In this document: positions 40,441 to 50,697 of the stretch, in pieces
How positions within the stretch are numbered: the stretch's first letter is position 1
Layout: the number at the start of each line of letters is the position of its first letter
NCBI GenBank assembly: GCA_944372425.1
Contig: CALVZC010000001.1
Coordinates: forward strand, 22,444 to 86,443
From: an uncultured Bacilli bacterium
GTDB lineage: Bacteria > Bacillota_I > Bacilli_A > RF39 > UBA660
Direction of reading: 5' to 3'
DNA: 64,000 bases
The notes under the pieces: generated by a model
Database searches by the model: none
What the model saw: the letters and a program-made list of their open reading frames with translations, nothing else
Told to the model about the DNA's origin: nothing
Position numbers and translations under genes: made by a program

Positions 40441-42252
40441 ATGGGGAAAATTGAATTAATGAGTGAAGATCTCGCTAATAAAATAGCGGCTGGTGAAGTA
40501 GTAGAGAAGACAATGAATGTCGTTAAAGAATTAGTTGAGAATTCTATTGATGCAAAAAGTAATGAAATTAAAATTGAGTTAATAGATAGTGGAATTAAAG
40601 AAATAATAGTAACCGATAATGGGATAGGAATGGATAAAGAAGACGCTATTTTGGCTTTTTCTAGACATGCAACTAGTAAGTTAAAAACTTTAGAAGATTT
40701 ATTCTATATTAACAGTTTAGGTTTTCGTGGAGAAGCATTACCATCAATAGCAGCAGTAAGCAATGTAAATTTAAAAACATCTAATGGTGAATTTGGAACA
40801 GAAGTAGAAATAGATGGTGGAACTATTAAAGAAGTTAAAAGTAGTGATTTAAAAAAAGGAACAAAAATAATCGTAAAAAATTTATTTTATAATACACCTG
40901 TTAGGCTAAAATACTTAAAAAGTCCATATACAGAATTGGCTAATATTGTAGATTATGTTAATAAAATGGCATTATCATTTCCTAATATTAGATTTTTGCT
41001 AGTAAATAATGAAAAAATATTACTTAATACCGATGGTAAAGGTAATCTTTTAAAGGTTATAAGTAATATATATGGGATTGATTTAGCAAAAAAAATGATA
41101 CCTATAGTAGGTGAAAATGAAGATTATGAAATAACCGGTTATGTTTCTTATCCTGAATGTGCGCGAACAACAAAAAATAATATTATTATTCTAGTAAATG
41201 GAAGAGCAATTAAAAATTCTGAAATTTTAAAAGTTATAATAGATACTTATCATACATATATACCAGAGAGTAAATATCCCATTATAATTTTAAATATAAA
41301 TGTTGATCCAATATTAATAGATGTTAACATTCATCCAACAAAAATGGATATAAAATTCTCAAAAATTGATACATTAAAAGATTTAATAAATACCACTATA
41401 AAGAATAAATTAGAGTCTATTAATTTAATACCAGAAATTAAAAGTAATCTATCTATTCATAATTATCATGATGATAGTTTTCAAAAACAAAATTTAAATG
41501 CTAATATTAATGAAGATAATATTGATAATAAACAGAGTGAAAATAATTTATTAGAATATCCGTTAGATATAGACTCAACATATAATATTAATGATAATGA
41601 TATTAATATAAGTAAACTTTCTAAAAATCAGCAAAATATGAATTATTTAGAAACAAAAAACGAAAATAGAATAAAGAAAATGTACCCTGTTGGCGTTGTC
41701 CATGCTACTTATATAATAGCTGAAAATGAAGATGGTATGTTTATTATTGATCAACATGCTGCTGCAGAAAGAATAAACTATGAAAAATATTTAGAAAAAT
41801 TAGGTAGTAATGATAATACAAACATTGAATTATTAGTACCAATAAAATTAGAATTTTCGAATAAAGATTTTATTATTTTAAAAGAGAATATGTATATTCT
41901 ATTAAATATGGGATTTGTAACAGAAGAATTTGGTATTAATACAGTTTTAATACGAAACCATCCATATTGGTTACCTAATTATGCTATCGAAGAATCTATT
42001 AGAAAAATAATAGATATTGTAATTTTAACAGAAAATTTTGACAAATATAAATTTATTGAAAAAGTTGCAGCGACATTAGCTTGCAAACTAAGTATAAAGG
42101 CTAATGATAGAATAACTATAAATGATATGGAAGATTTATTAGAAAGATTGCGAAATACAAAAAATCCTTTTACTTGCCCACATGGAAGACCAACTATTAT
42201 TACTTATTCGAATTATGAATTAGAAAAGTTATTTAAAAGAGTAATGAATTAA
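40441..42252 (+). CDS. mutL: DNA mismatch repair protein MutL
   Basis: LANKIAAGEVVEKTMNVVKELVENSIDA, GFRGEALPSIA, and a C-terminal endonuclease region with CPHGRP. Confidence 0.95.
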   Translation: MGKIELMSEDLANKIAAGEVVEKTMNVVKELVENSIDAKSNEIKIELIDSGIKEIIVTDNGIGMDKEDAILAFSRHATSKLKTLEDLFYINSLGFRGEALPSIAAVSNVNLKTSNGEFGTEVEIDGGTIKEVKSSDLKKGTKIIVKNLFYNTPVRLKYLKSPYTELANIVDYVNKMALSFPNIRFLLVNNEKILLNTDGKGNLLKVISNIYGIDLAKKMIPIVGENEDYEITGYVSYPECARTTKNNIIILVNGRAIKNSEILKVIIDTYHTYIPESKYPIIILNINVDPILIDVNIHPTKMDIKFSKIDTLKDLINTTIKNKLESINLIPEIKSNLSIHNYHDDSFQKQNLNANINEDNIDNKQSENNLLEYPLDIDSTYNINDNDINISKLSKNQQNMNYLETKNENRIKKMYPVGVVHATYIIAENEDGMFIIDQHAAAERINYEKYLEKLGSNDNTNIELLVPIKLEFSNKDFIILKENMYILLNMGFVTEEFGINTVLIRNHPYWLPNYAIEESIRKIIDIVILTENFDKYKFIEKVAATLACKLSIKANDRITINDMEDLLERLRNTKNPFTCPHGRPTIITYSNYELEKLFKRVMN

Positions 42253-42329
42253 AATTTATAAAGACTTTTACTTTTTAATTTACTTTTATTATATATTGTG
42301 GTATAATCTACACCTAAGGGGATGATAGT

Positions 42330-42836
42330 ATGGAAAAAAACATTTTAATCAAAAGTAAAAATGTTAGTAATTTAAAAGTAGCTAATGGGATTTTGGCAAA
42401 ATTTTTAATAAGTGAAAGATTAGTTTTGCCATCTGATATTCTAATTGAGTCTACAAGAGATATAGCTAGCTCAATATTAATAAACGAAGAATTCCATAAA
42501 AACAGAAAAAGTATTATTTTGTCAGAAATTGATCCAACAAAAATATTTTTTTCTGAGTTAATGGAACTTGAAGATGGACATGGTGAAATCAATTTTTTAT
42601 CTAATGGTACCTTTCCTAATTCTAAAAACTTTATTGCACAAGTTCTTAACAATGGAGCATTTAATGTTGGAGTATGTACTTCTGATAACCATGAATATGC
42701 TAGAAATAATAGATTTTTGCAAAGATTTAAAGGCAATTTATTGGCAATTGGTATTCCAGTTACTGAACATCAAGAGACTTTGTCCAATTATCAGTTATAT
42801 TTATTATCATATAGATACAAAAATGGAAGAAAGTAA
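42330..42836 (+). CDS. hypothetical protein
   Basis: 168 aa between mutL and miaA, overlapping the miaA start by 1 nt. No family recognised. The competing overlapping ORFs (42314 on the minus strand, 42568 on the plus strand) look like shadow ORFs. Confidence 0.5.
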   Translation: MEKNILIKSKNVSNLKVANGILAKFLISERLVLPSDILIESTRDIASSILINEEFHKNRKSIILSEIDPTKIFFSELMELEDGHGEINFLSNGTFPNSKNFIAQVLNNGAFNVGVCTSDNHEYARNNRFLQRFKGNLLAIGIPVTEHQETLSNYQLYLLSYRYKNGRK

Positions 42837-43705
42837 TGAAAAACATTATTGTTATTGCTGGCCCAACCGGAGTTGGAAAAACTAAATTAAGTGTTCAACT
42901 AGCTAAACTTATTGATGCTGAAATAATTAATGCTGATTCTATGCAGGTATATAAAAATTTAAATATTGGTACTGCAAAAATAAAAGATGATGAAAAAGAA
43001 AATATAGTTCATCACCTTTTTGATATTGTAGATATCAATGATATTTATACAATATTTGATTATCAAAAAGATTGTCGAAAAGAAATAGAAAAGATTCTTA
43101 AAAAAGGAAAAAAAGTTATTTTAGTTGGTGGTAGTGGTCTATATATACGCTCAGCATTATATGATTATAAATTTGAAAAAGAAAATATCAAAAATTCTTA
43201 TGATGATAAAACTAATGCTGAATTGTTGGAAATAGTTAAAAAAATAGAGCCCAATACTACTATTCATATTAATAATCGTAAAAGATTGATTAGATTTTTA
43301 CAAAAAAAAGATAATAACCAAGAAATAAGAATTTTTGCAGAACCAATATATGATTTTGATATAATTGGATTAACTACTGATAGAGAAAAATTATATGATA
43401 TAATTGATAATCGCGTTGATAAAATGATTGATGATGGTTTAATTGAGGAAGTTAAAAGATTATATGATAAAAAAATAAATTCGAAAGCAATAAATACTGG
43501 AATAGGATATAAAGAATTATATAAATATTTTGATGGTGATGTAAGTTTAACTGAGGCAATTTCACTAATAAAAAGAAATTCTAGAAGATATGCTAAAAGA
43601 CAATATACTTTTTTTAATCATCAATTTTCTATAAAGTGGTTTGAAACTGATTATCAAAATTTTTCTAATACAATAAATGAGGTATACGATTATTTAATGA
43701 GGTGA
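42836..43705 (+). CDS. miaA: tRNA dimethylallyltransferase
   Basis: P-loop IAGPTGVGKTKLS, then INADSMQVYKNLNIGTAK. Confidence 0.9.
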   Translation: MKNIIVIAGPTGVGKTKLSVQLAKLIDAEIINADSMQVYKNLNIGTAKIKDDEKENIVHHLFDIVDINDIYTIFDYQKDCRKEIEKILKKGKKVILVGGSGLYIRSALYDYKFEKENIKNSYDDKTNAELLEIVKKIEPNTTIHINNRKRLIRFLQKKDNNQEIRIFAEPIYDFDIIGLTTDREKLYDIIDNRVDKMIDDGLIEEVKRLYDKKINSKAINTGIGYKELYKYFDGDVSLTEAISLIKRNSRRYAKRQYTFFNHQFSIKWFETDYQNFSNTINEVYDYLMR

Positions 43706-43709
43706 GGTT

Positions 43710-44423
43710 ATGCAAAGATATTTTGTCAATGAAAAACTTGGCAATTCTTTTTTTATTGATAATGATGATAGTTATCATATTACTAAAGTTATGAGAATGC
43801 AGTTAAAAGATAAAATAGAAATTGTTTTTCAAGACAAACTATTTTTGTGTGAAATCATTGAATTAAGTCCAAATGTAAAATGCAATATAATAAAAGAGTT
43901 TAATGATAAAAGTTTGTTTTTACCAAAAGTATCAATTGCACAGAGTTTAGTAAAAGAACAAAAAATGGATTATATTTTACAAAAGTCAACCGAGTTAGGT
44001 GTTTATGAGATAATACCTATATATACTGAAAGATCAATTATTAAAGTAAAAGATAAGTATGATCAAAAAATTGAAAGATGGAAAAAAGTTGTAAAAGAAG
44101 CAAGTGAACAATCAAAAAGATTTACACTTCCTTATTTAAATAGAATAATTAATTTAAATGAGCTTATTAAAGAAAAGTATGATTTTAAATTTGTATGCAG
44201 TGTAAATGAGAAAACAAAAACTATAAAAAATGTATTATCAAATGTTAATATTAATGATACAATATTATTTGTAATAGGACCTGAAGGAGGTTTTTCTGAG
44301 AAAGAAGAAAAATTACTTGTTGATAATGGATTTCAACCTATAACATTAGGTGAAAATGTTTTAAGAACAGAAACTTCTTCAACGTTCGTATTAAGTGTAA
44401 TAAACTATCATTTTATGAGGTGA
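43710..44423 (+). CDS. rsmE: 16S rRNA (uracil1498-N3)-methyltransferase
   Basis: The start MQRYFV, a PUA-like N-terminus, and a SPOUT C-terminus (IGPEGGFSEKE, LGENVLRTETS). Confidence 0.85.
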   Translation: MQRYFVNEKLGNSFFIDNDDSYHITKVMRMQLKDKIEIVFQDKLFLCEIIELSPNVKCNIIKEFNDKSLFLPKVSIAQSLVKEQKMDYILQKSTELGVYEIIPIYTERSIIKVKDKYDQKIERWKKVVKEASEQSKRFTLPYLNRIINLNELIKEKYDFKFVCSVNEKTKTIKNVLSNVNINDTILFVIGPEGGFSEKEEKLLVDNGFQPITLGENVLRTETSSTFVLSVINYHFMR

Positions 44424-44429
44424 TAATAA

Positions 44430-45248
44430 ATGACTGAGCTTTTGAATAAAATTTCATCAGATAATTTGGTTATTCTTTGTATTGTAATGAGCATAATTGC
44501 ATTATTTTTAGCTATAGCTATTTCTATAGAATTTTTTAATAACTATCAAAGAAAAAAAACTAATATGAAAGATGAAGATAAGAGTGTTAATAATAATCAA
44601 AATATTAATACAATTGAAGATTCAAATATAAAATACGTTGAAGAAGACGAGGAACTAGAAAGAACAAAGGCTAAGTTAGAGCTTGCTAAACTTAAAGAAA
44701 GATTAGCAAAGGAAGAGGAAGAAAAGAAAAAGCTTTTAGAATTAAATTTAGCATTAGCAAACAATGAAAAGAAAACAACAAATAATCAAAAAGAAGAAAC
44801 AAATATTGAGGTATTAGAAGAAGATGAAGAACCATCTAGCAATTTGACTTATGAACAATTAGAAGAAGAAAATGCTATTATAAGTTATGATGAATTAAAA
44901 AATGCAACATCTTTCGGTTATACTGATGAAGAAATGAATAAATATGTAGATGAAAAAGATGCTATTATCAGTATTGATGAATTAGAAAAATTATATAAAG
45001 AATCAAATATGATTTATGAAGAAAAGAAAGAGCCAGTTGCTATAAAGAAAGTTGAAGATTTGCCTGAAATATCTAGTACTAAAAAGTTTCAAAGTTCTCC
45101 ATTTATTTCACCAGTATATGGTATAGGAGTTAATGAAGATAAACTTCAACTTGAACAGACTGCTAATCTTGAGAAACTAAATGAGGAAATAAGAAAAACA
45201 AACGAGTTTTTAAAAGCTCTTAAAGAATTAAAAAAGAACTTACAATAG
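44430..45248 (+). CDS. hypothetical membrane-anchored coiled-coil protein
   Basis: One N-terminal TM, an E/K-rich coiled coil, and a conserved-looking SSPFISPVYGI near the C-terminus. Confidence 0.55.
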   Translation: MTELLNKISSDNLVILCIVMSIIALFLAIAISIEFFNNYQRKKTNMKDEDKSVNNNQNINTIEDSNIKYVEEDEELERTKAKLELAKLKERLAKEEEEKKKLLELNLALANNEKKTTNNQKEETNIEVLEEDEEPSSNLTYEQLEEENAIISYDELKNATSFGYTDEEMNKYVDEKDAIISIDELEKLYKESNMIYEEKKEPVAIKKVEDLPEISSTKKFQSSPFISPVYGIGVNEDKLQLEQTANLEKLNEEIRKTNEFLKALKELKKNLQ

Positions 45249-45279
45249 TTCTTTTCTTTTGAAATATAGGAGTGGTTTT

Positions 45280-46566
45280 ATGAAAGTGGGAATATATACT
45301 TTAGGATGTAAAGTAAATACTTATGAAAGTGAATATGTTATTAATTTATTAAAAAAAAATAATTATGAAATTAAAGATTTTAATGATATATGTGATATAT
45401 ATATAATAAATACTTGTACAGTTACTAATAATAGTGATGCTAAAAGTAGAAAAATGATCCGTCATGCAAAAAAATTAAATCATAATGCTTGTATTGTCGC
45501 AATGGGATGTTTTATTGAATCAAATAAAAATAGTATTATGGAAAGCTTACCTGAAATTGATATATTAATTGGAAATAAAGATAAAAGTAATATTGTATAT
45601 TTATTAAATGAATATTTTGAAAATAAGAAAAAAATAAATGATACATATTTAATTTTTGATGATGTTTTTGAAAATATGGTAATTGATAGTTATAATGAGC
45701 ATACTAGAGCATTTGTAAAAGTACAAGATGGATGTGAAAATTTTTGTAGTTATTGTATTATACCCAAAGTACGTGGCAAATGTCGTAGTAAAAAATTAGC
45801 TGATGCTTTAGAAGAAATTACCATGCTTGTAAAAAATGGATATAAAGAAATAGTTTTAACAGGAATTCATACTGGTAATTATGGTGTCGATTTAGGAATT
45901 AATTTTGCTACTTTGCTAAGAGAAATTTTAAAAATAAAAGGGCTTGTTAGACTTAGAATATCTTCTATTGAAATAACTGAATTAACTGATGAAGTTTTAG
46001 AAATAATTGCTAGTAGTGATATAATTGTTAATCATTTTCATATTCCTATTCAATCTGGAAGTGATAAAGTATTAAAACTTATGAATAGAAAGTATAATAT
46101 TGATTATTTTATGAAAAAAGTTGATGAAATTAGAAAAATAAAAAAAGATGTTTCTATTACTACAGATATTATAGCAGGGCATCCTGGTGAAACAGAAGAA
46201 GAATTTTTGAAGGTTATCGATAATGTAAAAAAAATTGGCTTTTCTAAATTGCACGTTTTTCCATATTCAATAAGAAAAGGAACACCTTCAGCAAAACTTG
46301 AGCAAATTAATGACAATGAAAAAAAGAAACATACTAGAATATTGTTGGATTTATCAAAACATTTGGAAATAAATTATATGAAACAGTTTATAAACAGAAC
46401 ACTACCTGTTTTAATTGAACGCTATAAAGATAATTATTCTTATGGTCATACAACTAATTATTTAGAAGTTATAATTAATTCAAAATTAGAACCATCGAAA
46501 ATTTATAATGTTGAGATAAAAGAAATTTCTTATCCATATTGTATTGCTGAGGTAAAAAATGATTAG
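45280..46566 (+). CDS. mtaB: tRNA t6A37 methylthiotransferase (radical SAM, MtaB type)
   Basis: ATG at 45280 after aggag. MKVGIYTLGCKVN, radical SAM CENFCSYCIIP, and a TRAM-like C-terminus. Confidence 0.85.
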   Translation: MKVGIYTLGCKVNTYESEYVINLLKKNNYEIKDFNDICDIYIINTCTVTNNSDAKSRKMIRHAKKLNHNACIVAMGCFIESNKNSIMESLPEIDILIGNKDKSNIVYLLNEYFENKKKINDTYLIFDDVFENMVIDSYNEHTRAFVKVQDGCENFCSYCIIPKVRGKCRSKKLADALEEITMLVKNGYKEIVLTGIHTGNYGVDLGINFATLLREILKIKGLVRLRISSIEITELTDEVLEIIASSDIIVNHFHIPIQSGSDKVLKLMNRKYNIDYFMKKVDEIRKIKKDVSITTDIIAGHPGETEEEFLKVIDNVKKIGFSKLHVFPYSIRKGTPSAKLEQINDNEKKKHTRILLDLSKHLEINYMKQFINRTLPVLIERYKDNYSYGHTTNYLEVIINSKLEPSKIYNVEIKEISYPYCIAEVKND

Positions 46567-47269
46567 AGATTTTAATTTTCAAGTATGGGATAAGGAAAAA
46601 TATAATGAATATATTGAATATCTTATAAGTTTAAGAGATGAAAAATTAGAAAAATTTAATAAAAAAATAATTCCAACAAAGTATAAAATATTAGGAATTA
46701 AAATACCAATTTTAAAAAAAATTGCTAAAAAAATTTCTAGTACAGATATTCAAACTTTTTTTGATAATAGTTTAATGATATATTTTGAAGAAGTAATGAT
46801 ATTAGGCTTTGTTATTGGAAATTTAAAAAAAGAAGAAACTTTTTTAAAGTATTTTTATAAATTTCTTTTTTATATTGATAATTGGGCAATATGTGATTCG
46901 TTTGTAAGCAATTTAAAAATTTTAAAAAAAATAGTTTTTTTTGATAAGACTTTAAATTTAATTTTATCTAATAATGAGTTTACGAGAAGAGTAGGTATTG
47001 TTATATTGTTAAATTATTATATTGATGATGAACATATAGATATTTGCTTAAATGCTATAAAAGATTTAAATGATGATTCTTTTTATGTAAATATGGCTAT
47101 TTCATGGCTTATAAGCTTATCTTTTATAAGGTTTAGGAGTAAGACACTTACTTTGTTAAAAAGTAAAGCATTGCCTGCTTTTGTGCAAAATAAAGCTATA
47201 TCTAAAATTAGAGATTCATATCGTGTAACAGAAAAAGATAAAGAACTTGTTAAAAATTTAAGATTATAA
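46559..47269 (+). CDS. DNA alkylation repair protein (AlkD-like HEAT-repeat family)
   Basis: 236 aa. YIEYLISLRDEKLEKFNKKIIPTKYKILGIKIPILKKIAK and IDNWAICDSF fit the family pattern from memory. Confidence 0.7.
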   Translation: MIRDFNFQVWDKEKYNEYIEYLISLRDEKLEKFNKKIIPTKYKILGIKIPILKKIAKKISSTDIQTFFDNSLMIYFEEVMILGFVIGNLKKEETFLKYFYKFLFYIDNWAICDSFVSNLKILKKIVFFDKTLNLILSNNEFTRRVGIVILLNYYIDDEHIDICLNAIKDLNDDSFYVNMAISWLISLSFIRFRSKTLTLLKSKALPAFVQNKAISKIRDSYRVTEKDKELVKNLRL

Positions 47270-47271
47270 GT

Positions 47272-48564
47272 TTAGTAAAGTTCTTTTTTTATTGTTTTAA
47301 AATGTAAGAAAGTAACAAGTAAAATATTAGCAATCATAGCAATAAGAAAACTATATAAACCAATTTTAAACATACTACATATAAAGATTAAAATGATTTT
47401 AGTTATTGTACCTACAAGATTATCATACATAATATTTTTAGATTTATTTATAGCTTGTAAAACACTAGCAAATGGTGCTTGAATATAAAGTATTATAAAA
47501 AATGGTGCTATTATTTTTAAATAGTTTCCTCCTTTAGTTGTCTTATAAATGATATTTAAAAAAAATGTAGGATTAAGCATTAATATTAAAGTAGAAGGTA
47601 TACCAATTAATAATGATATCAATATTACTTGTTTTAATTTTTTTCTAATTTCTTTTTTATTACCTAATACATAGTTTCTTGAAATAATAGGCATAAGTGC
47701 ACTACTTAATGCATTAGTAAAAAAATTAGGTAGCATTAGAAGAGGTAATACATAACCTTCAATTATTCCGTATTCTGTTACTATGTAATTATTACTATAT
47801 CCAATTGCACTTAAAGACAATGTTAAAATAATAGGTTCAAAAAAATAACAAATAGAACCAATTAATCTAGAACCAGTAGTAGGTAAAGCAATAGAAAGAA
47901 CATTTTTTACATTAGATAAATCAGGAATAATTTCTTTTTTTCGAATATTTTTTTTATTAGGAATAAAAAATAGTAATATAATAATGGAAGATAATTCACT
48001 TATCATATTTACTAAAATTAATCCAGTCACTGCATAAATTATACTTTTTTCTAAAAGAGTGGGTATTATTAGTATAAAAAGACTTAATCTTACTAATTGT
48101 TCAATTATTAAAGAAATCATATGTGGGAACATTCTTTGTTTTCCAAAGAAATACCCTCTTAATATTGACGATAAACTATCGAATGGTAAGACTAAAGCAA
48201 TAGCTAATATAGGATATAGTACTCTAGGTTCTTTTAATAAATCATTAGCTAAATAAGGAGCTATTATTATAATTATTAACATTAGAATAAAGTTTAATAA
48301 TAGTGAAAAAGGAATTATTGAAAACACTAATTTTTTATTATTATATGTTTCTTCAGAAACAAGTTTACTAATAGCAATTGGGAACCCTAATTGAGATATA
48401 GTCATAAACAAAGAAAAAGTAGGAAAAACTAACATATAAAGACTAATTCCTTCCATCCCAACAATTCTAGTCATTATAATTTTTATCAGCATTCCTAAAG
48501 CTTTAGTAATAGCTCCTCCAAGTATTAAAATTAATGTTGATTTTATAAATGTTTCTTTTTTCAT
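47272..48564 (-). CDS. MOP-superfamily flippase, SpoVB / polysaccharide biosynthesis protein-like
   Basis: 430 aa, about 12-14 TMs. The N-terminus FIKSTLILILGGAITKALGMLIKIIMTRIVGMEGISLY is typical of SpoVB/MurJ-like proteins. Confidence 0.75.
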   Translation of the reverse strand: MKKETFIKSTLILILGGAITKALGMLIKIIMTRIVGMEGISLYMLVFPTFSLFMTISQLGFPIAISKLVSEETYNNKKLVFSIIPFSLLLNFILMLIIIIIAPYLANDLLKEPRVLYPILAIALVLPFDSLSSILRGYFFGKQRMFPHMISLIIEQLVRLSLFILIIPTLLEKSIIYAVTGLILVNMISELSSIIILLFFIPNKKNIRKKEIIPDLSNVKNVLSIALPTTGSRLIGSICYFFEPIILTLSLSAIGYSNNYIVTEYGIIEGYVLPLLMLPNFFTNALSSALMPIISRNYVLGNKKEIRKKLKQVILISLLIGIPSTLILMLNPTFFLNIIYKTTKGGNYLKIIAPFFIILYIQAPFASVLQAINKSKNIMYDNLVGTITKIILIFICSMFKIGLYSFLIAMIANILLVTFLHFKTIKKELY

Positions 48565-48589
48565 GACTCACCTAATTAATTGTATGAAA

Positions 48590-48621
48590 AAAGCAAAGTG
48601 CATTATGCAAGACTTTGCTTT
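48590..48621 (-). terminator. hairpin between the micro-ORF and the spoVB-like start (weak terminator, attenuator or processing site)
   Basis: 9-bp stem aagcaaagt / actttgctt. Only about 25 nt separate it from the spoVB-like ATG, which leaves no room for a separate promoter. Confidence 0.4.
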
Positions 48622-48653
48622 ATTTTATTAATAAATATTAAAAATAATATTAA

Positions 48654-48740
48654 TTACATAAACATCAAACTAGCAACAAAAGAGAATATCATAACAAGTA
48701 CTAAAATAAATGACACAACTTTAATAGTTTTTTTACTCAT
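48654..48740 (-). CDS. 28-aa hydrophobic micro-protein
   Basis: Below the ORF-track cutoff. MSKKTIKVVSFILVLVMIFSFVASLMFM, preceded by a good RBS gaggtga with a 6-nt spacer. Confidence 0.4.
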   Translation of the reverse strand: MSKKTIKVVSFILVLVMIFSFVASLMFM

Positions 48741-48858
48741 AGTAATCACCTCGTTATCAATTATAATAAATTATTTAAAATTTGTAAATAAAATATATTT
48801 ATTAAATAATATGTATAATTTTATTTTTTTATAATATATTTTACTAGGTGAAATAAAA

Positions 48859-49467
48859 ATGAAAGCAATATTTAAATCAAAAAATAGCATTGAAAAGCAA
48901 AAATCAATATACGTAATACTAATTGGACTAGCTGTAATATCATTAATTTTTGGAATTATTTTTATATTTTTAATTTCAGATGATAATCTTATTTATATAA
49001 AAGAAAATATAACTTTATTTTTTTCAAATATTCCAGATAACAATAAGTTTAATATTTTTTTAAATTCTTTATTAAACAATTATATTTATTTATTTTTAAT
49101 ATGGTTATTGGGAATATCAATAATTGGATTACCTATAATAATAATAATTTTATTGTTTAAATTCTTTATTTTTGGTTTTTCTATTTCTTCAATAATATAT
49201 ACATTTAAATGGAATGGAATATTAAAAATAATAATAAACTTTTTTCCTCACCAAGTTTTATATTTGATTGTCTTAATATTAATATCTTTTTATGCAGTAT
49301 CGTTTTGTTTGAAGCTTTTTAAATATCTTTTTTTTAAAAAAGTGATTAATTTTAAAGAAGTTATGCATAGATACATTAAAATTTTATTTTTATGCTTATT
49401 AATTACTTTATTTATATCTTTTTATGAATCTTATATAACAAGTTATTTACTTAATTTATTTAATTAA
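48859..49467 (+). CDS. spoIIM: stage II sporulation protein M-like membrane protein
   Basis: 202 aa, 5-6 TMs, FPHQVLYLIV (PH motif). Size and topology fit SpoIIM. Confidence 0.6.
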   Translation: MKAIFKSKNSIEKQKSIYVILIGLAVISLIFGIIFIFLISDDNLIYIKENITLFFSNIPDNNKFNIFLNSLLNNYIYLFLIWLLGISIIGLPIIIIILLFKFFIFGFSISSIIYTFKWNGILKIIINFFPHQVLYLIVLILISFYAVSFCLKLFKYLFFKKVINFKEVMHRYIKILFLCLLITLFISFYESYITSYLLNLFN

Positions 49468-49512
49468 TAGATAAATGTTTTCAAATGTTGTATAATTGTT
49501 TTGGTGATATAT

Positions 49513-50619
49513 ATGACAAAAGTAATTATAGGTATAAGTGGAGGAGTTGATTCTTCAGTAGCAGCTTTACTTTTAAAAAAACAAGGATATGAAGTAGAAG
49601 GGTTATTTATGCGTAATTGGGATTCAACTATTAACAATGATTTTTTAGGTAATCCTAATTTAGAAAATGATATATGTCCTCAGGAAAAAGACTACAATGA
49701 TGCTATAGAAGTATGCAAAAAACTAGATATACCATTACATAGAATTGATTTTGTAAAAGAATATTGGGATTATGTTTTTGAATATTTTTTAAGTGAATTA
49801 AAAAAAGGAAGAACGCCTAATCCAGATATTATGTGTAACAAATATATAAAATTTGATTATTTTGTAAAAGAAGCTAAAAGATTAGGTGCTGATTATATTG
49901 CTACTGGGCATTATGCAAAAATACAAGATGGTTTTTTAATGAAAGCAAAAGATAGTAATAAAGATCAAACTTATTTTTTATCACAACTAACTAAAGAACA
50001 ATTAAATAAAGTTTTATTCCCTTTAGGAGATATTACAAAAGAAGAAGTTCGAAAAATTGCTAATGATAATAATTTAATAACTGCAAACAAAAAGGATTCT
50101 ACTGGAATTTGTTTTATTGGAGAAAGGCATTTTAAAGAATTTTTAGAGAATTATTTTAAAAAAGAAAAAGGCGATATAATAGATATTGTCACTAATAAAA
50201 AAATTGGAGAACATGATGGTCTTATGTATTATACAATTGGTCAAAGAAAGGGATTAGATATTGGAGGCAATAAAGAAAGACTATTTGTTGTAGGGAAAAA
50301 TTTAGAGAAAAATATACTATATGTTTCTCTAGGAGATGACAATAGTTATTTAATATCTGATAGTTGCATTATTACACAAGTTAATTTTAATTGTGATATT
50401 AGACCACAAAAATGTACTGCTAAATTTCGATATCGTGCACAAGAGTATCCAGTTGAATTAGATTATATAAATAATGATTGTATTTTAGTTAAATATGACG
50501 CAATTAAAGCTGTTACACCAGGACAAGCTTGTGTTTTATACTTAAAAGATAAATGTATTGGTGGAGGTATAATTGACGAAGTAAGAAAAAATAATGAAAA
50601 ATTATGGTATTTATTGTAG
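49513..50619 (+). CDS. mnmA: tRNA 2-thiouridine(34) synthase
   Basis: PP-loop [36 protein letters not shown] prefer the ATG at 49513. Confidence 0.95.
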   Translation: MTKVIIGISGGVDSSVAALLLKKQGYEVEGLFMRNWDSTINNDFLGNPNLENDICPQEKDYNDAIEVCKKLDIPLHRIDFVKEYWDYVFEYFLSELKKGRTPNPDIMCNKYIKFDYFVKEAKRLGADYIATGHYAKIQDGFLMKAKDSNKDQTYFLSQLTKEQLNKVLFPLGDITKEEVRKIANDNNLITANKKDSTGICFIGERHFKEFLENYFKKEKGDIIDIVTNKKIGEHDGLMYYTIGQRKGLDIGGNKERLFVVGKNLEKNILYVSLGDDNSYLISDSCIITQVNFNCDIRPQKCTAKFRYRAQEYPVELDYINNDCILVKYDAIKAVTPGQACVLYLKDKCIGGGIIDEVRKNNEKLWYLL

Positions 50620-50697
50620 CATAAATAATTAATTATTTACATTATACTTGACATTATAAATTGATTTGATAAAATTAGAAGTAGGGAGTGATTATCT

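Noticed and set aside
48580-48834. 84-aa plus-strand ORF in the gap between the spoVB-like and spoIIM genes.
   Set aside because: It has no RBS and a low-complexity N/I-rich translation. It overlaps the better-supported minus-strand micro-ORF, which does have a strong RBS.
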